Position numbers and translations under genes: made by a program
Notes under the pieces: model-generated
What the model was told of the DNA's origin: nothing
Database searches by the model: none
Seen by the model: only the letters and a program-made list of their open reading frames with translations
DNA from: Narcine bancroftii
Lineage: Eukaryota
DNA: 64,000 nucleotides
Direction: 5' to 3'
Assembly: GCF_036971445.1 (NCBI RefSeq)
Contig: NC_091470.1
Location: 278,132,001 to 278,196,000, forward strand
Shown: piece after piece, positions 36,901 through 51,094 of the stretch
Layout of the letters: every line of letters begins with the position of its first letter
Numbering within the stretch: position 1 is the first letter of the stretch

Positions 36901-37921
36901 TGAAAGCTTATTTAAAGGATAAATTGGGAAACAGTTTGAGATTACCAGAAGGAAGAAGCTTTGAATATGTGATTACAGACTAAATGATAATTAAAAGATT
37001 TATAATGAACATGTACATTAAGCTGCAAGATAAGGAAAATGATGAAATAAGCTCTAAACCTAAACAAAAGTGGGAAAAGGATTTAAACAGATAAAAAATG
37101 AAACATGGGAAAAGTTATGTTCTGGAACTATGAAGAATACAATAAACACAAGGTTATGCATGATACAGTATAATTGGTTACACAGGTTCTATATCACGCT
37201 TCAAAAGTTAAAAGAATGGGATCCAACATTATCAGATAGATGTTTTCGCTGTGAGAAGGTAATGGAAACATCAGTACATGCAATTTAGGCATGTGAGAAA
37301 GTGAAAATGTTTTGGGAAGATCTAAATCAGATATTAAATAAAATCACAAAAAATAACATACCAAAAAACCCAGAGATCTTTCTTCTAAGTAACATAAAAA
37401 GAAAGGAATTAGGCCTCAAACTGGATAAAGTGCAAAAAAGATTTATTATGATAGCCTTAGCAGTAGCAAAAAAATGTATAATGTCAACTTGGACAATGGA
37501 AGCGAGCTGAGAATGCAGCAATGGTACATGGAAATGAATAAATGTATTCCATTGGAAAAAATAACATACAATTTAAAAAATAAAGTCACATTATTTGAAC
37601 AAATTTAGGAACCATACATGGGACATAACACAGAGGGCTTGCCTCAGACCTCCACCCCCTAAAATGATAAGATGACAAAACGACTTGATTCAGTGTGTGA
37701 AAGTAGATGATGCATTTTTCTTGTTTATTTTTCATTGTGTGAAGACATTGTTTTATGGTTTTATTGTATTGTATATGTTGAATATTTATTGGTTTTAGTG
37801 GGGGGTGGGAGGGTAGGAGGGAAAAAAAAGGGAGAAAATTATATTTAATGATAAACGTTTGTATATATTTTGGTTGATATGGTTCACAGTGTGAAAAATA
37901 AAAAAAATCATTTTAAAAAAA
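33928..37921 (+). mobile_element. L1-clade LINE copy B: 5'-intact, ORF2 internally deleted (~2 kb including the RT core)
   Basis: Same 5' end as A and C; EN fused to post-RT sequence near 36527; TSD ttgcctaaa(g/t)at at 33916-33927 and 37922-37933. Confidence 0.92.
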
Positions 37922-40900
37922 TTGCCTAAATATTTCTACTCATGGATGCTGTCTGATTCATTGTTTTCATAATGCTTGGATTGGAGGGCTTTGGTTACAC
38001 AGAGACATTGGATGGGCTCTTTTTCTTTGGAGTGAAGGGGATTGAGGGCTGACTAATTATGAGACAAAGTAGATGGTCAAAAACTTTATTCCCTTATTGT
38101 AAAGGAAGTTTAAAGGGATTTGAGGGGAAAGTCTTTTCACAGAGTAGTCAATATATGTAAAGTGCTTCCACAGGAGGCAGTGGAATTAGATCATTTACAT
38201 CATTTAGGAAAACAGATAGACCATGCATAGTATAACAAGGACATGGTGGCTGAATGGCCTGTATCTATACTGCATGTCTCTCGGGCACTTAGCTGCTTAA
38301 AAAGTAATGGTCAAGGAATATGCCAGACCATGTAATTGCAGATTCTAATGCAATTCAACTGTTGCTTGAATACGATCTCCAGGATCTATTCTGAATCTAA
38401 ACTATTCAACACAACAGAAAATATTTTCAATGTGAAGATGGGAATTTGTGTTCCATACAGTCACCACCACTGATGTATCTACAATAGGAGCTTGGCTGGC
38501 AAAAATTTAAAAAACTGTATTCCTTATGTTTGCTCACACAGCCTTGGACCATAACCTTCAAAGGTTGGCCAGCTTGGTCAGTAGTGATACTGAGATACAT
38601 TGAAGAATTCACACAGCTATAATGTAAACATTTGAAGCGAACGAGAAACATAGTCACACAGAAGTCAAGATGGCTAGTTGGTGAGAGAGCATCAGAATGA
38701 TCTTGGTTATTATAGAATAGATTTGTAATCTGAACTGGAGTAAAAGGTCAAAAATGAGGAAAGTTGCAAAAACATAAAGTATTGAATAAACATTGCTCTA
38801 ATACTTCCAATTTTAAATCACATTTTCTGCAATAAATGTTAATAAAGGTAATCAATTTATTTCATTAATAAAACACCACAATTCGAGTAAATGATATTAC
38901 ATGCAGCAGAGATACTGCACATCTTTGCATTTGTTCATCATTTTTATTTCAAGCAATTATTTGTTAAGTAATTTTAAATGGTCAAACTGCTGATACAGAA
39001 CACAGAAGAAACTAATCTTCTTTGCTTCAGATTTAACCAAGGTTCATTGAGAAGTTGGGCAATTATGCTACTATTTCATCAATACTCAGTTTTGTTCCTG
39101 CAGCAAGCTTTCTTCGTGAAAGACAGCTCACAGGTAGGAAACTCAATTAATAGACAGAGGGACCAAAACATTATCGCAGCCTTGAACTACCATTTGCTAC
39201 ACGAAGGAAGGGAAACATTTGGAATGCTAACAGAGCTGGAACTTTACCTTAAACTATAATAAAAATATAAACCAGACCAAGGCTGCACCTGTAAAGATCA
39301 CATCGCTTGATTAATTCAACAGAACATTTGATGTTTTGAACAAAGAGCCTGCTCTTCAAGTCATTTGATATAAAACAATTAGATATTTCAGTAATTTGAA
39401 TTAAATGTATAAAATACAATTCTCAATTGTAATTAAAAGTGGACATGCAAATGAAATATGATGCGAATTTGTGTTTTTGGAATGGCCACTCAGCAATTTA
39501 GTATCAGTGCATGAGCCACATCATGTCAATATCTCACTGAGTTCATTGAGAGCAAATTAGATTTACACAACTTGCTTGATTCAGTGCACATAATAATAGA
39601 TTAACTAAGTCAAATTATCAATAGCTCCACTTCAAATCAATTTAAGACTACATTACTTTCTCAATTTTGCACAGACCACTAATTTTACAAAAGTACTCTT
39701 TAGATGCACAATTTTATCTGCTCACTGTCCTTTTCCAATACCCGCATCATCTTGTAGACAAAGACAATGTGACAAAGGAACCGTGTGCACTTATCAATTA
39801 AATAGAAAATGTTACCATCAGCTCCTGCAGTCCTAGTGCATCATTATAATGTCTCAATTATAATTAATTTCTTTCAATTACCTCAGAGTCTTGGGAAGCC
39901 ACATTCAGATGGGTGAGTGAAGCTGAAGCTTTGATTCTTCCCCATGCTTGGTTAGTGATGGTTAGGAATCTTAAGACCTCAAAGCTGGAGGCAGATTATA
40001 CAGGACAACGAGGTTAAGCCAACTACCATCAGGTCAAATGGCAAGCAAGTTGGGTCATAAGGCAGGGTGCTTTCCTGGGGCAAGGGAGGTTACAAGACAA
40101 CTGCCTTCCTAGTGTTATAGATCAACAAACAGTGCAGTATCACTGCAAAATCTGAAAATAAAAATATTTTCTGCAGGACAGGAATCTGAGAGAGGAGCTA
40201 GTAGCTGCTGTGCCAAGGTTCCTTTATGACAGGGCCCTATTAAAAACTTAAGAATGGAAGGAATTAAAATGTCCCTTTTTTCAAACTTCCATTAAAAACA
40301 GGAAACACTTCAGACCAAGGACGGAATTTTTCACTGCCCTAATCATAGATGAGTTGGTTCAACAGGGGCAGCATCCAGTCTTGTTATAGGCTTCTGTGGA
40401 TAATCTGTTGCAACTGTAAAAAAAATATAAATGATAAAAGAATCTTCCCTTAGCTTGAAGAAAATTATGTCATGAATTGACACTCTGGGAACATGGGCTG
40501 ACATCCACATTCAGCGGTGCACTCACACAATGCTCCCCTTCACGATTACCTTTACAAATAAGGGAAAATCTGAAAATAGCTCCGAACACTTAATAATTAA
40601 CATGCTTCACTGTGTTCTACCCTACTTCATTTAAAATAACAAAAGGAATCATTGTGCAACACATGGTTCAGATTGAACAAACCCGATCACAGCGGGCAGG
40701 TAATCTCATCACACCTTTCAGCAATCCTTGAATGTTATTTTAAGTACAAACTTTACCCCTGAAATGATGGTTGCCAAACCAAAAATGAGGCACAAGTAAT
40801 CTTGTGCAGAATGAATTCAGTGATTATAACATTAGTTTAGTAAAGGCAGGATAAAGAAGTCATTTCAGAGATAACAGAAGGTAGCACAGCAATGAACTCC

Positions 40901-42499
40901 CAACAACAGAAGGGTTCTGAAGTACAGTGAGACTTCTTGCCATTGGCTACAACAGTCTTGCGCAAGAGATATTCAATTGTCAGGCGAATCTTGAAGTTCT
41001 ATTTCAAATATTCCCATCGTCTCTTTAAAACAGAACTTCGTCCATGTGCCCACTGCTGAGGGAGGATGTGGAGAGAAAAAAAATGGGTTAAGAACAACTC
41101 TACTTGGGTGATGAGACTAAAGAACAATGATCTAAGATATTATGCACAAGCAGATTTAATTTACACCTGCACAGATGTTCAGAAATGCAAAGTATAACAA
41201 TTTCAGTCTATGCCAGGATAGATCCTGAATTATAATATCAATTTCAATGCAATGTTTGTGTCACTGGACAAATCAGCACATAGAACCAGCACACCATGAA
41301 CAAAGGGGAATAGTTATATTGGACAATAATTAAACTAAATTGAAACAGTTGCTCTGGATGAGAATAGGCACACACTGGCAGCAAACATGAAAGGAAATCC
41401 AAAGAATATTCCACAGGCATCCACAGGGGATGGAACTTTAGAGAGGAAATGGGGTCATTCAGAGACCTTATTAGAAATCCAGTCACGGAGGTGGTGGGTG
41501 TAGATGAAGTTCAAAACTTCAGATGATCAAAGATAACTCTGCTGGAGTCGCAATAAAAGTTTATATATTCAAGGTTCTGCACTGGACTAAAAAGTCCAGG
41601 TAGGGTTACAATGAATAAATCACATGGTCTTGATGGGGCATCCAAGCTTAGGGAGAAAATGGCAGAGATCCTGGCTACAATCTCCTGAATTACCTTGGAT
41701 TCAGGCTACTACCCATTGACTGGTAAACAGCAAATGATTTAAAAAGGGTTGCAGGACATAAAAACAATAATCAGAGATGGTCAGTTTAATATCCAAGTTG
41801 AGAACAAATTCTAGAAACAATGATCAAGGTCAAAATTACCAGCCACTTCCACAAGAATAGATGGATGAGAGAAAGCCAGCACAGATATGTTGTAGTCAAA
41901 TCACGATTAATCTAAGAACATTTTTTTGATAAACCAATAGAGGTTTGATGAAGGAAATACATATTCCAAAAGATATTTGATCAAGTGCGACATAATATAC
42001 GTCATCAAGATTAAAACCTTTGAAATGAAATGGACTATAGCAACATGGACAAAAATAGTCAAGTTATTGGAGTCAGTGGCAGTGAAACAGTAAAATTAAA
42101 AAAACAAATCTGAAATAAAAATTTAAAACGGTGGAAAACCTCAGGGGACAGGCAGTGTCTGTGGAAAGTGAAACATTTAAATTTCAGGTCTGGAATCCCT
42201 CAGGTCTGATAAAGAGGGACAAGTTTATCTCTGAAACAGAGAATGATGGCGGGGAGTGATGGGTGAACAAATGGGCAATTCTCAGTGAATGAAAAGATGT
42301 GGCAATTAAAGGGGAATCAAGATCTGCTTAAGTTTTCTTGTCTGTTTAATATGTTGACAATGTTGTATTGTCTTTGGAATAATCAGCGAATCAGACCATG
42401 TAAAGATAGAAGAATGGAAGGTTGGCAAAATGGGCAGTTCTCTTACAAGCAGAAAGAAAAAGCAAATTGATGTAGTGTTTGATATTCTGAGCTTTCCAG

Positions 42500-44160
42500 A
42501 AATGTCATTAGTGAGCAGGATTAAAGCAAATCCCAAAGTATTTTATACTTGCATTAAAAACAAGAGGATGACCAAGGAGAGGATAGGTTCCATAAAGGAT
42601 GAAGGGATTTTAGGTTTGGAGTCAGAGGAAGTGGGTGAGGTACTAAATGAGTACTTTGCATTGGTATTCACCAGAGAGGGACAATGGATAGTGACATGCA
42701 TAACATGGAGGATACTTACGAGTGAGGGCATCGAGATCAAGAAAGAGAAGGTGCTGGGTCTTTGAAGGAGCATTAAAGTGAAGCCCTCATGGGCTGATGG
42801 GATATACTCCTAGTTAATTGAAAGAGGCAAGTGAGACATTTACTAGAGCTTTGACGAAAATCTTTGTTTCCTCACTAATAATAGGTAAGGTCTGGAGGAC
42901 TGGATAGTAGCTAATGTTGTAGATTTGTTCAAGGGAAATAGGGACAATCCAGGAAATTGTAAGCCAATGAGCTCCACATCAGGGTAGGGAAACTGCTTTA
43001 AGTATTCTTTCCAGGGACTTACATTTAGAAAGTCATGGTCAGATTAGAGTCAGTCAATGTGACTTTGTGAGGGACAAGTAATGTCCTACCAATTTGATTT
43101 GAGTTTTTTTGAGGTGATGATAAAGATAGTTGAAGAGGGTAGGGTAGTGGATGTTGTCTACTTTTGTCTACATGGACTTTGACAAGATCTCTCACAGTAG
43201 GCTGATCCAGAAGATACGGATGCATGAGATCCATGCACTAATTTGAATACAGAGTTAGCTGGACCAAAGACAGAAGGTAGTGGTGGAAGGTGCGTGATGA
43301 GTGGTGTTCCCCAGGAATTGTTGTTGGGACCTCTGTTGTTTGATATATAGCAGGTGGAATAGCAAGTTTGCAGTTGACACTAAGATTGGTGGAATTAAAA
43401 TTAAGATTGGGGACAATTAAAGAATACATCAGGATATAGGTGTGGGCAGAGAAATGGCAAATGGAGATTAATCCAGACAAATGTGAAGTGCTTGGGAAGT
43501 CAAATGCAAAGGGAATATATTTAGTTAATGGCAGGACACTTAAAAACATTGATCTGCAGAGGGATCTGGAATGAGAGGCGGGGCACTGTGTACAATTGTA
43601 ACAAAGTAATTTTGCCGCTATACAAAACTTTACAATTCTGTTTGCCCCATTACAGGAAGAATGTGGAGGCTCTTGAGAGGGTACAGGAGAGGTTTAGCAG
43701 GATGCTGCCTGGATTATAAGGTGTGAGCTATGGGGTGAGGTTAGACACACTGGACTGCAAGCATCAGAGTTTGAGGGGAGACAATAGAAGTTTGTAAAAT
43801 TATGAGAGGCATTCATGGAATAGTCAGAATCTTTACCCCTAGGGTAAAAGTATTGCACACTAGAGGACGTGTTTAAAGTGAGAAGAGGAAGTTTAAGGGA
43901 GAAGTGCAGGGTAGTTTTCTTTTTTTAAAAAAAAAATACACAGTAGTAGGTGTCCGGAACAGGCAGCCAGAGGTAGTGGCCAAAGCAGATACAACAGCAC
44001 CATTCAAAATGTTTCGAGCGAGATACATGGATATGAAGGGAATGAAGGGGTATCTTATATGTGCAAACAGCATAATTTAAATCTGATATTTACATCAAGT
44101 TCAGCTCAGACATGTGGGTTGAAGGGTCTGTTCCTCTGCTGTACTCTTCAATGTTCTATA
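42500..44160 (+). mobile_element. Decayed CR1 LINE ORF2 3' portion
   Basis: IKANPKVFY..EVLNEYFALVFTRE; QFCLPHYRKNVEALERVQERFSRMLPGL; CR1-type 3' end. Confidence 0.85.
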
Positions 44161-44849
44161 TTTGGTAGAGTTTGGAAAATGAGAGGAAATATGATTAAAA
44201 ACTTACAAAATTCTGACAGGATGTAATGAGGGGAAATTTCTTGACTGGTTTATCAAAAATGATGAGTCAGAATGTCTGCTTTATAGGCAAAGGGATTTAG
44301 AACTGAGATGAGGAAAACTTATTCACTCAGAGTATAGAACCTTCGGAATTTGCCACCAAAGAAATATATGGAGGCTATGGTGCTGAATATATTTAAATAA
44401 GATAGGTAGATTTCTAGACACAAAAGGTGTGAAGGGATATGGGGACAGAACAGGGATATGAAATAATTAGTGAATGGCAGAGCAGACTTGAAGGACCACA
44501 ATTTTGCTGTTCTACCATAAAAATATTCAAAGAATCTTCTGCAGAATTTTGTTCCAAATATCTTCTTCTCTTAGGGTCATGAATCTTTGCAATTCTGTGC
44601 CCCAGGAAGTTGTGGAATGGAATATATTCAGGGTGTAGACTACAAGGGAGTCAAAGGACATGAGGACAGAGTGGGAAAGTGACTTTGAAGCCAAAATTGG
44701 ACTAACCACAATCTTACTGATGGCCTGCTCTTGCTTCTCAAGTTCTTATGATTGAATATATCTCAAACATTTTCCTCATGGGTTTTAAACATCGATTCCT
44801 CATTACAGATTCTCTCATAACATCCCTCTCAAGATATTGCGTGTTTCCA

Positions 44850-47460
44850 TTAACATAACATAACAATTACAGCACGGAAACAGGCCATTAGGCCCTTCTA
44901 GTCCGCACCGAACCAAACACCCCTTTCTAGTCCCACCTCCCTGCACAATGCCCATAACCCTCCATCTTCTTCTCATCCATATACCTGTCCAACCTTTTCT
45001 TAAATAATACAATTGACTCCGCCGCCACTATTTCTCCCGGAAGCTCATTCCACATGGCTACCACTCTCTGAGTAAAGAAGTTCCCCCTCATGTTACCTCT
45101 AAACCTCTGCCCCTTAATTCTTAACTCAGGTCCTCTTGTTTTAATCTTTCCTCTCTTAACGGAAATAGTCTATCCACATCCACTCTGTCTATCCCTTTCA
45201 TAATCTTAAATACTTCTATCAAATCCCCTCTCAACCTTCTACGCTCCAAAGAATAAAGACCTAATCTGTCCAATCTCTCCCTATACCCTAGATGCTTAAA
45301 CCCAGGTAACATTCTGGTAAACCTTCTCTGCACTCTCTCCACTCTGTTTATATCCTTCCTATAATTAGGCGACCAGAACTGCACACAGAATTCCAAATTA
45401 GGCTGCACCAACGTCTTATACAATCTCAACGTCACCTCCCAACTCCTATATTCCATGCAATGATTGATAAAGGCCAGCATACTAAAAGCCTTCTTCACCA
45501 CCCTATTCACGTGAGTTTCTACCTTCAGGGAACGATGTACCGTTACTCCTAAATCTTTCTGCTCTTCTGTATTCATCAATGCTCTCCCATTTACCACGTA
45601 TGTCCTATTCTGATTCTTCTTACCAAAATGAAGCACCTCACACTTATCAGCATTAAATTCCATCTGCCATTTTTCAGCCCACTTTTCTAAGCAGCCCAAA
45701 TCCCTCTGCAACCCTTGAAAACCTTCTTCATTATCCACTATTCCACCTATCTTAGTATCGTCTGCATATTTACTAATCCAATTCACCACCCCATCATCTA
45801 GATCATTAATGTATATAACGAACAACAATGGGCCCAATACAGATCCTTGAGGCACACCACTGGTCACCGGCCTCCAACCTGACAGACAATTATCCACTAC
45901 CACTCTCTGGCCTCTCCCTTTCAGCCAATGTTCAATCCATTTGACTATCTCAAAATTTATACCTAAAGACTGCACCTTCCTAACTAACCTTCCATGTGGT
46001 ACCTTATCGAAGGCCTTACTGAAGTCCATATAGACAACATCCACTGCGCTACCCTCATCCACATTCCTAGTCACCTCTTCAAAAAATTCAATCAGATTGG
46101 TCAAAAATGACCTTCCTCCCACAAATCCATGTTGAGTGCTCCTGATCAGACCCTGTCTATCCAGATGTTTATAAGTACTATCTCTAAGAATTTTCTCCAT
46201 TAATTTACCTACCACAGATGTCAAACTTACAGGCCGATAGTTGCCAGGCTTCCTCCTTGAACCCTTTTTAAATAACGGAACCACATGCGCAATGCGCCAA
46301 TCCTCCGGCACTATCCCCATATTTAATGACATTTGGAAAATTACCGCCAGAGCCTCTGCTATTTCCTCCTTCAATTCTCTCAATGACCTGGGGAAGATCC
46401 CGTCTGGTCCCGGAGACTTATCCACCTTTATATTCTTCAAAAGCCCTAAAACTACACCTTTTGTAATCTCTATATTCTCCATATTCCCAATTTGCTTTTT
46501 TTATCTCACATCTCCCAATATCCTTCTCCTTAGTGAATACCGAAGAAAAGAAACTGTTCAATATCTCCCCCATTTCTCTAGGCTCCACACACAGTTTTCC
46601 GCTCTGATTTTCTAAGGGACCAATTTTGTCTCTAGCTTTCCTTTTACCATTAACATATTTGTAGAACTCTTTTGGATTAGTTTTCACCCTGCTTGCCATA
46701 GTTTCCTCGTACCTTCTTTTAGCTTTCCTAATTCCTCTCTTAAGATTCCTCTTACATTCAATGTATCTTTCAAACATCTCCTTAACTCCATGCTTCTTAT
46801 ATCTAATGTACGCCTCCCTTTTTCTTCGAACCAAGTTTCCAATATTCCTTGAAAACCACGGCTCTCTCAAACCTTTTGCCCCTCCTTTTAACCTAACAGG
46901 AACATAAAGCTTTTGCACTCTCAAAATCTGATCTTTAAAAGACTTCCAACTCTCTACTACATCCTGCCCATAAAACAAATTGTCCCAATGAACACCCTGT
47001 AAGTCCTTTCGCATCTCCTCAAATCTAGCTTTTCCCCAATCAAAAACCTCAACCCTTGGCCCTGACTTCTCTCTTTCCATAATGACATTGAAGCTAATGG
47101 CATTATGATCACTGGACCCGAAGTGCTCGCCAACACTAACCTCCGTCACTTGACCCATCCCATTTGCCAACAGTAGATCTAACACTGCTCCTTCTCTGGT
47201 CGGTACCTCTACATATTGTTGTAAAAAACTATCTTGCACACATTTCACAAACTCTAACCCATCCAGTCCTTTCACAGAATGTGTTTCCAAATCTATATGT
47301 GGAAAATTAAAATCTCCCATAATTACAACCCTGTGCTTATCACAAATATCTACTATCTCCCTACAGATTTGCTCCTCTAGGTCTCGGTCCCCTCCGGGTG
47401 GTCTATAATTCACCCCTACAAGTGTAACCTCTCCTTTCCTACTCCTCAGTTCCATCCAAA
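44850..47460 (-). mobile_element. Young 5'-truncated CR1 LINE ORF2 (partial EN plus RT, one frameshift near 46480)
   Basis: MGDFNFP, GSSDHNAI, KSPGPDG, YRPVSLTS, DFSKAFDKV, GVPQGSVLGP, YADDTK; (TGTTA)n 3' tail. Confidence 0.95.
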
Positions 47461-48443
47461 TGTGCCCTCTAATCTATCCTTACTCTCTCTTCAAAACTCA
47501 GCAGATAGAGCCTAAAGACCTGGTATTATCCAAAAGGGTTTCAAACTTGGAGTGTGTATTCCAGTAATATTAACTGATCACTGAAGGCTTGTTTTTTTTG
47601 TGAACCTAAAGCAGCAAGATGTCTGGGCTGTGGACCACAACAGGAAGTAACAGCAGTCTGTGCAATTTGACCAGAACATAGTCTCGCATTTCAGTGTCAG
47701 GGACTTTTAATTTGAATGCTGTGGAGTTATTTGCATACACTCATTGCAATAGTCTATCAGCAGGTGTAAACAGTCACATGGAAAATATATGCTCTGCATG
47801 AAGAAGTATTGCAACATTAATATTCTGTTCACACATATTTGAGTATTGGGAAATAGTCAACTTTAGTGAAGACTGGCAGCTAACTCACTGCTCAACTGGG
47901 ATAATCCCAACGGCATCAAGGAATTCCCACACATACTCAGGGAATGCTAGAGAACAGAGGAAAACGTCATCAAAAACAACATTAGGCAGCATCTGTAGAA
48001 AGGTTCCAGACCTTTTCTCTCAGTTTCTCTCTCCACAAATGTTGTCTGACTTGCTTAAGATTTTATGCCATTTTAGGTTTTAGTTTCAGATTTACACATT
48101 TCTGGGGTTTTTTTTCTGTTTCAATGACAGTGAAATGTCCACTCTACTCATTCCTATGAAAATCAATGCCTGGAGTCTCAGATGCAGATTCAAAATATTA
48201 CTCTTCTATAGGTCAGAAAGAACAAGCTAGGAGGGAAGAACCACCAGTGGTAGTGGGGATGCAAATATCAGATTCTTCAATTCCACCCCATGACAGAAGT
48301 GAAGAATGTCTCATGAACAGCAAGGAGCTTCCTGAAAAAAAAAAATTGAAACCATGCAGCTGTCAGGCATTTTATTCACTCTCACGGGCCTGAAGTTCAG
48401 CAAAGCTCACAGGAGTCAATTGATGCACCATTTTCCACACCTG

Positions 48444-48484
48444 CTATTGCACTGGATACTCAGCATCATCATCTTCTTCAGAAT
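48444..48484 (-). CDS. STARD3NL: STARD3NL last coding exon ((D)SEEDDDAEYPVQ*)
   Basis: tttgtag acceptor, phase 1 matching the previous exon; acidic tail after the FFAT motif; TAG followed by CAG|gtgtgg donor. Confidence 0.75.
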
Positions 48485-50199
48485 CTACAAATTAAGGACA
48501 GATTAATGTCAGTTTCCTGATCACAGAATTCTGTGGCACAGAAAGTTCTGTTGGCCCGCTTGCATTCATTCCAGTCTGAAACCGACTTCAGGACAGACAC
48601 ACAACTCTGGCTCTAGAGTCACAGATTGGAATGAAAACAAGTTTCCTATCCTAAAGAACAGGGATTTTTTAAATACAACATTTTCATGATCATCAATATT
48701 AATACTATTTTTTTTAAAATTCGGGATTCTTTACTTGACTGAATTTAATGTTCCCAGCTGGTTTGGTGGACATGCAAGATCATCAGTCCAGTTTGAGGCT
48801 GCCACCAAAGCCTGCATAAACAACATAACGATTCTCCATTTTTAATCAACCTTCTCTCATACATCATCAAACTCTGAAGTATGTGAAAATCAATTTCCCT
48901 GAAATGCATCTGATACCTTTTATTGACCCATATTTACACAGAAAAAATAATTTTTCTCAGATTATTATCTCAGTATTTTCTCACCACTGATTAACCTAAA
49001 ACTTTAGAAAGAACATTAAAAATACATATTGTACCCTTGCTTATTGATGGAAGCTTGAATAATCAAATTAAGGCTATGCCAAATAATCAAGTTTAAGTTG
49101 CACAAGAAAAACCTGACAAAATAGCATTCTCCGGTTCTCGATGCAAAACATGCAAACACACGAACATGCATACAGACAAGCAATACACAGGAGGAACAAA
49201 TATACATCTATAAAATTAAATATTTTAAAACAAATAGTGGAGTCTTGGTAGAAAAACACTGGTTAGGCCCTAACTGAAGTAAGAAGGCAAATTCTAGATA
49301 TTGTACTTTAGCAAGACATCCAAGAGCTTCGTGAGGTTGTCAAGAACATTTATTTGAATGGTACCAACAATGATTCTTTGATAACATGGATAAGGACAAA
49401 TATTCCACTTAAAGCAGAATAGACTAAAAGGTCTAATGAGTTAATAAGAGAATGTTTCCAGTGACATAGGTTCAGTGACCAAATTATGCAAGTTCTCCTG
49501 ATTTTGAATGTGCAGTCTGCAATGTTAGATGAAGCTGACTCAACCTTACTTTTCATTTCAGAAATAAACTCATGAAAAGGACAGATACAGGGAAACAGCA
49601 GGCAAGCAAGACTAACCAAACAGATTAACCAAGAAAGATAGAAATATCCTGTGCTGCGGGTAGCAAGGTTAGCGTAGTGGATAGTGCAACACTATTATGG
49701 CGCCAGCAACCTGGTTAGGAATTTGTATGCTCTTCCTGTGTCTGCAAGGGTTTCCTTCAGGTGCTCCCACCTCTTCTAACATGTACAGACATTGTACGTT
49801 AAATGGTATGTTTGGTGGTTGGTGGGGGGGGGGGGTGGGCCCACAGGGTCATGGACCAGAAATTTCAGTTTTCCAGATAAAAATGTCTTCAAAACTGTTT
49901 TCTGAATTTCCTCAGTAGACAGCAATCTAGTGAATGAATCATACTCATTGCTTCCTACAGCTCTGTCTGTAGACTGCTGACCCCTAGCAGTCCTTCAGCT
50001 CTTTCCAACATTTGGGAAGGCTGGGTAAAAGTGGGTGTCCGGGAGAAAAGTGTTCTAGAAATGAATCCTTTTTCCATGTCTGCAATTTTCAATCAAATTT
50101 TTAATATTGGAGGAAGACTGGAAGCATGAAAGTGAAACACTGAGTGTTTGATGGCTCCAGGCCTGTACTCACTGGAGTTTTGAAGTATGAGAGGAATAT

Positions 50200-51094
50200 C
50201 TTCTTCTTCTTTGGCTTGGCTTCGCGGACGAAGATTTATGGAGGGGGTAAATGTCCACGTCAGCTGCAGGCTCGTTTGTGGCTGACAAGTCCGATGCGGG
50301 ACAGGCAGACACGGTTGCAGCGGTTGCAGGGGAAAATTGGTTGGTTGGGGTTGGGTGTTGGGTTTTTCCTCCTTTTCCTTTTGTCAGTGAGGTGGGCTCT
50401 GCGGTCTTCTTCAAAGGAGGTTGCTGCCCGCCAAACTGTGAGGCGCCAAGATACCCGGTTTGAGGCGATATCAGCCCACTGGTGGTGGTCAATGTGGCAG
50501 GCACCAAGAGATTTCTTTAGGCAGTCCTTGTACCTCTTCTTTGGTGCACCTCTGTCACGGTGGCCAGTGGAGAGCTCGCCATATAACACGATCTTGGGAA
50601 GGCGATGGTCCTCCATTCTGGAGACGTGACCCACCCAGCGCAGCTGGATCTTCAGCAGCGTGGACTCGATGCTGGCGATCTCTGCCATCTCGAGTACTTC
50701 GACGTTTGGGATGAAAGCGCTCCAATGAATGTTGAGGATGGAGCGGAGACAACGCTGGTGGAAGTGTTCTAGGAGCCGTAGGTGATGCCGGTAGAGGACC
50801 CATGATTCGGAGACGAACAGGAGTGTGGGTATGACAACGGCTCTGTATACGCTTATCTTTGTAAGGTTTTTCAGTTGGTTGTTTTTCCAGACTCTTTTGT
50901 GTAGTCTTCCAAAGGCGCTATTTGCCTTGGCGAGTCTGTGGTCTATGTCGTTGTCGATCCTTGCATCTGATGAAATGGTGCAGCCGAGATAGGTAAACAG
51001 GTTGACCGTTTTGAGTTTTGTGTGACCGATGGAGATGTGGGGGGGCTGGTAGTCATGGTGGGGAGCTGGCTGATGGAGGACCTCAGTTTTCTTC
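50200..51094 (-). mobile_element. Young 5'-truncated RTE-clade LINE inserted in a CR1 fragment
   Basis: Open ORF FTYLGC..RLAKANSAFGRL..QLRWVGHVSRM..C-terminal C2HC finger; (GAA)n tail; 8-bp TSD aggaatat (50192-50199, 51095-51102). Confidence 0.93.
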
